Source of the DNA: Octopus vulgaris
Taxonomy: Eukaryota
Assembly (NCBI GenBank): GCA_951406725.2
Contig: OX597837.1
Location: 10,354,001-10,418,000, forward strand
DNA: 64,000 nucleotides
Direction of reading: 5' to 3'
Shown here in pieces: positions 52,382-64,000 of this stretch (positions are counted from its first letter, which is position 1; every line of letters begins with the position of its first letter). Under the pieces are notes generated by a model. It saw nothing but the letters and a program-made list of their open reading frames with translations, did not search any database and was not told the origin of the DNA. Position numbers and translations under genes: made by a program.

Positions 52382-53282
52382 ATACACATATATGCACATC
52401 CATACACATATATATATATATTTATATATATATATATATATACATACATATATATATACACACATACATGCACATCCATACACATATATATATATATACA
52501 TACATATAAATATATACATATATACATACGCACATACGCACACACACACATATATATATAAATATACACCCTCACACACACACACACACACACAAAACGT
52601 CCAATTACGAGAGTGCGCGTGAATCTAACTACATCCATAAATGCACACACACACACACGGAACATACCAAATAATGTTGAAATAATTTACAATCAAAGAA
52701 ATGTGTATGTGTGTGCGTGCGTGTGCGTATATGGATGTATTAGAGTGTGTGTGTGTGTGTGTGCGTGGTATACAATTACATCACTACACGCATGCAGTAC
52801 TTGACCATCATGTGATGGCTTGATTCGATGCCAACGCGAACAATGGCAGCGGGGGGGGAGGGGTGCTTAAAATGTATTCATTCACATCTACATTTATTTA
52901 TTTATTTATCTTATTTAAAAGTGAAACTAGGTCCCACTCACTTTTTTTATGAAAAACTGAAACCAGCCTATGGTATTTCTTGTTTTTTGTTCTGGTCCAC
53001 CCCTAATTCACCCTTACCCTCAGCGACCCAGATCGCCATTTTATAGCTCCAGTCTACCCTCACCACAAAACCGGGTGTTATGCAGTCAACATTGTCGACG
53101 GGTGCATTCCACATGCACTAAATACTAACATAGTACTAACCACATGTTTCATATAAAAGAATGAAAAATTTCTAATTGAATAACCAATATATATATATAT
53201 ATATATATATATAATAGACGCGCGGACACACAGACACACAATCAGATAATACTAAACGCCGGTTACTTTACACGAGTTTGTG

Positions 53283-53377
53283 TCGTGGCACCTTGGGCAA
53301 GTCTCTTCTACATTAGACTCGGACCGACCAAAGCCTTGTGAGTGGATTTGGTCGACGGAAACTAAAAGAAGCCTGTC

Positions 53378-53415
<38 letters not shown>

Positions 53416-54010
53416 TGTGTATCTGTTTGTCTCCCCAACATCGCTTAACAACCGATGCTGGTGTGTTTACGTCCCTGTAACTTAGCGGTTCGGCAAAAGA
53501 GACCGATAGAATAAGTACTAGGCTTACAAAGAATAAGTCTTTGCTCGACTAAAGGCGGTACTCCAGCATGGCCACAATCAAATGACTGAAACAAGTAAAA
53601 GAGTAATGAATACACATAGATAGGCGCAGGAGTAACTTTGTGGTAAGTAGCTTGCTAACCAACCACATGGTTCCGGGTTCAGTCCCACTGCGTGGCACCT
53701 TGGGCAAGTGTCTTCTACTATAGCCTCGGCCCGACCTAAGCCTTGTGAGTGGATTTGGTAGACGGAAACTTAAAGAAGCCCGTCATATATATATATATAT
53801 ATATAAGCGCGTGTGTGTTTGTGTGTCCCCCCCTAACATTGCTTGACAACCGATGCTGGTGTGTTTATGTCCCCGTTACTTAGCGGTTCGGCAAAAGAGA
53901 CCGATAGAATAAGTACTGGGCTTACAAAAGAATAAGTCCCGGGGTCGAGTTGCTCGAGTTGCTCCAGCATGGCCGCAGTCAAATGACTGAAACAAGTAAA
54001 AGAGTAAAGA
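53283..54010 (+). mobile_element. Two adjacent SINE family A copies (53283-53605, 5'-truncated; 53622-54010)
   Basis: Family motifs. Confidence 0.9.
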
Positions 54011-54799
54011 GAGATGGATAGATGGATGGATGGGTAACTCCTGATCAACCGATTGCAACATTTTGCAATCATCATTACCATCATTCTAGCTTTCCATGGT
54101 TACATAGGTGAGGTCGCCGGTTCTCAACCGGGGTCCAACTAAACTTTGAAGTTCCACTGACCCTTGGAGTTCCTTAAAAGATTTCTCTGTTAAAATTTGT
54201 GCAAGAAATTGGTTCTGCTTCTGCAATACGCAAAGGACTTAAACATTAAAAAAAAAAAAAAAAAGAATGGGGATCTTTTTTAAATACATCAAATGACTAA
54301 GTTGGCCCACCTGAAATAGATAGGAATAAAAATGGTTGTGAAGTGCTGGATTACAGGGTATTTGCCGAAGTAGATTTCCACTGGACTTCTTTTCGCTAAC
54401 GCCCTCTTGCTTCCAAGTAGCAATATATTCCCCATATTCAGAGATTTTCGAAGAATATTGGAAAATGAACGACCCCGCTTGTATAACAGTGACTATCTTT
54501 TACAACAATAGCGTAACATCAAGACAAAAGCGGGAAGACACACGTTTAGAGGACTGATTATGACATCTAGGGAGTTACTTTTGTCTAACTCACAGATGTA
54601 CAACCCTGAGTGCGTCCACTCCTTATATAATTAATACTTCATACATCAGAGACTTACTGTACACCTGTGAGCTTATGCTGTGTCCGTAATTACCTCCCCT
54701 TTCCGTTGAGCCTCTCCAAGAATTGTCGCACGGCTTTTTTTCTTTTTGTTTTCTTTCACTAAATTACAAGAATGGATCAATGAATTATGACAGGTACAC

Positions 54800-62220
<7,421 letters not shown>

Positions 62221-62701
62221 TAAAAAGAATCCGAACCTCGACTTGAGAACGTAAATCCGACGATGGTCATCTGGCGATGAAGAAGGAGGGAATTTTGCGC
62301 GTCACTTTTGAAATCGTATGCGGGTATGTACGAGTACCTTGTTGTTATTTGATGTTGTCTAGTCCCCTGTCAGTGCCGTTCGGACGAGCCTACGATCGAA
62401 TCGCGTTCTAGCTGTCACCGTCCCATCTTTTCTTTTCAACTTGTATTTTTTTTCCAATTCTTGCTGTCATCCGTTCTTAATTGTTTCTTGTATATTATTA
62501 GCATGCATTCCGTGGAGGCTCTATGCTATACACATACACACACATGCATATATATATAGACACATATGAATCGTAGCATCTTCATAAGTATGTGTGTGTA
62601 TGTATGTATATATAATATATATGCATATGTATAAATAGATACACACACACACATAAATACATATATATATAAATATAATAGAGCTGTCCATGTTTGGCCG
62701 G

Positions 62702-62753
<52 letters not shown>

Positions 62754-62872
62754 ACACATAAATACATAAATTGATAAATAGATACATACATATAGACAGA
62801 TATAGATAGATAGATAGACGTGTACTTTCTATACATTTGACAACGAAGCATACATATGTTGTGTATGTACGT

Positions 62873-62926
<54 letters not shown>

Positions 62927-63104
62927 CCCATTATCGTACAATAAACTGGGAGTGTGTGTAATCGCTGTAGAAAATTTCTGATGGAGAAATATATATTAAT
63001 CTATCCATTTTACTCATGCAGCTGTTGTCACGGCTGGAGCGCTTTTACACCTATGTATATACGTACACAGAACAAATAATACACACACAGCTATATATAT
63101 AAAA

Positions 63105-63141
<37 letters not shown>

Positions 63142-63836
63142 ATGTATGTATCCCAGATTTCCGAATGTAGGGAGGTGCTCTTAAAATTTGCCTTTATCGC
63201 CGCAGCACTGACCGAGTTCGCTAAGTGGAACTAGGCCAAACATGAGAGAGAAAAGGAAGACTTGGAATCGATAGAAATGACAACAGACCGACACACACAC
63301 ACGGGCATACAGAACATTAATATACACATGCAATATCATAGTTATACTATATTAATATATATCATATTATATTATATTATATTATACATATACGGTTGCG
63401 TATGGTTGTGGGTGTATGCTAGCGTGTGGGCACGTGCATATAGTTTTCTGCTCTGGCGCCTATCCGTATTCTAGGCGCATACGAATATCTCTGATGGTGC
63501 GTCGAACCACGATCTCTTTCAATGTGACAGTCGAGGTTTTAAACGATGCTAGTTCAATTGGATATCGGGGTGTTGTTCCTGGCCCATTACGAAACGGATG
63601 CCAGAGAGTCGGTTGGATTTCGAACCGAAACCGAAAAACACAATGAACCACAGAAGATATAATACGAGGTATGTGTTATCTATGTCCGTACATTTACACA
63701 CACAAAACATATACACGCGTGCATGTAAAAGCGTTAGATTTAGGCATTATTAACACATATTACACGCATAGATATATTTACATATATATGCACTAATTTA
63801 TATACACACAGATACACGAATACATACATACACACA

Positions 63837-63883
<47 letters not shown>

Positions 63884-63946
63884 TACCTACACATACAGCT
63901 GTATCATATATTTATACATGCAAAGCTATATATATGCACATACACA

Positions 63947-63986
<40 letters not shown>

Positions 63987-64000
63987 AACACACACAGACA

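Overview
Eukaryotic, extremely microsatellite-rich non-coding DNA, intergenic or intronic. The repeat families and simple-repeat density suggest an octopus (coleoid cephalopod) genome; this is an inference. No intact protein-coding gene is supported, and most listed ORFs are read-throughs of (CA)n/(TA)n/(GA)n tracts or SINEs. The window contains at least four tRNA-derived SINE families (here A-D), a 5'-truncated RTE LINE end, a decayed Penelope-like RT fragment, GGATC-ended MITEs with 8-bp TSDs and internal TTAGGG repeats, hAT-type MITE remnants, a tRNA-Met-like relic, a 20-bp minisatellite with higher-order structure, a 1.95-kb tandem duplication and a 220-bp fold-back duplication. The strongest candidate is a type I hammerhead-ribozyme fold with a non-canonical CCGACGA core at 45859-45913; an adjacent inverted copy ends within about 1 nt of the predicted cleavage site. 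Also notable are a recurrent self-complementary head-to-tail junction in SINE-B dimers and a cluster of ATCACGTGA motifs at 56-60.5 kb. Everything was read by eye; no alignment, folding or database search was run.
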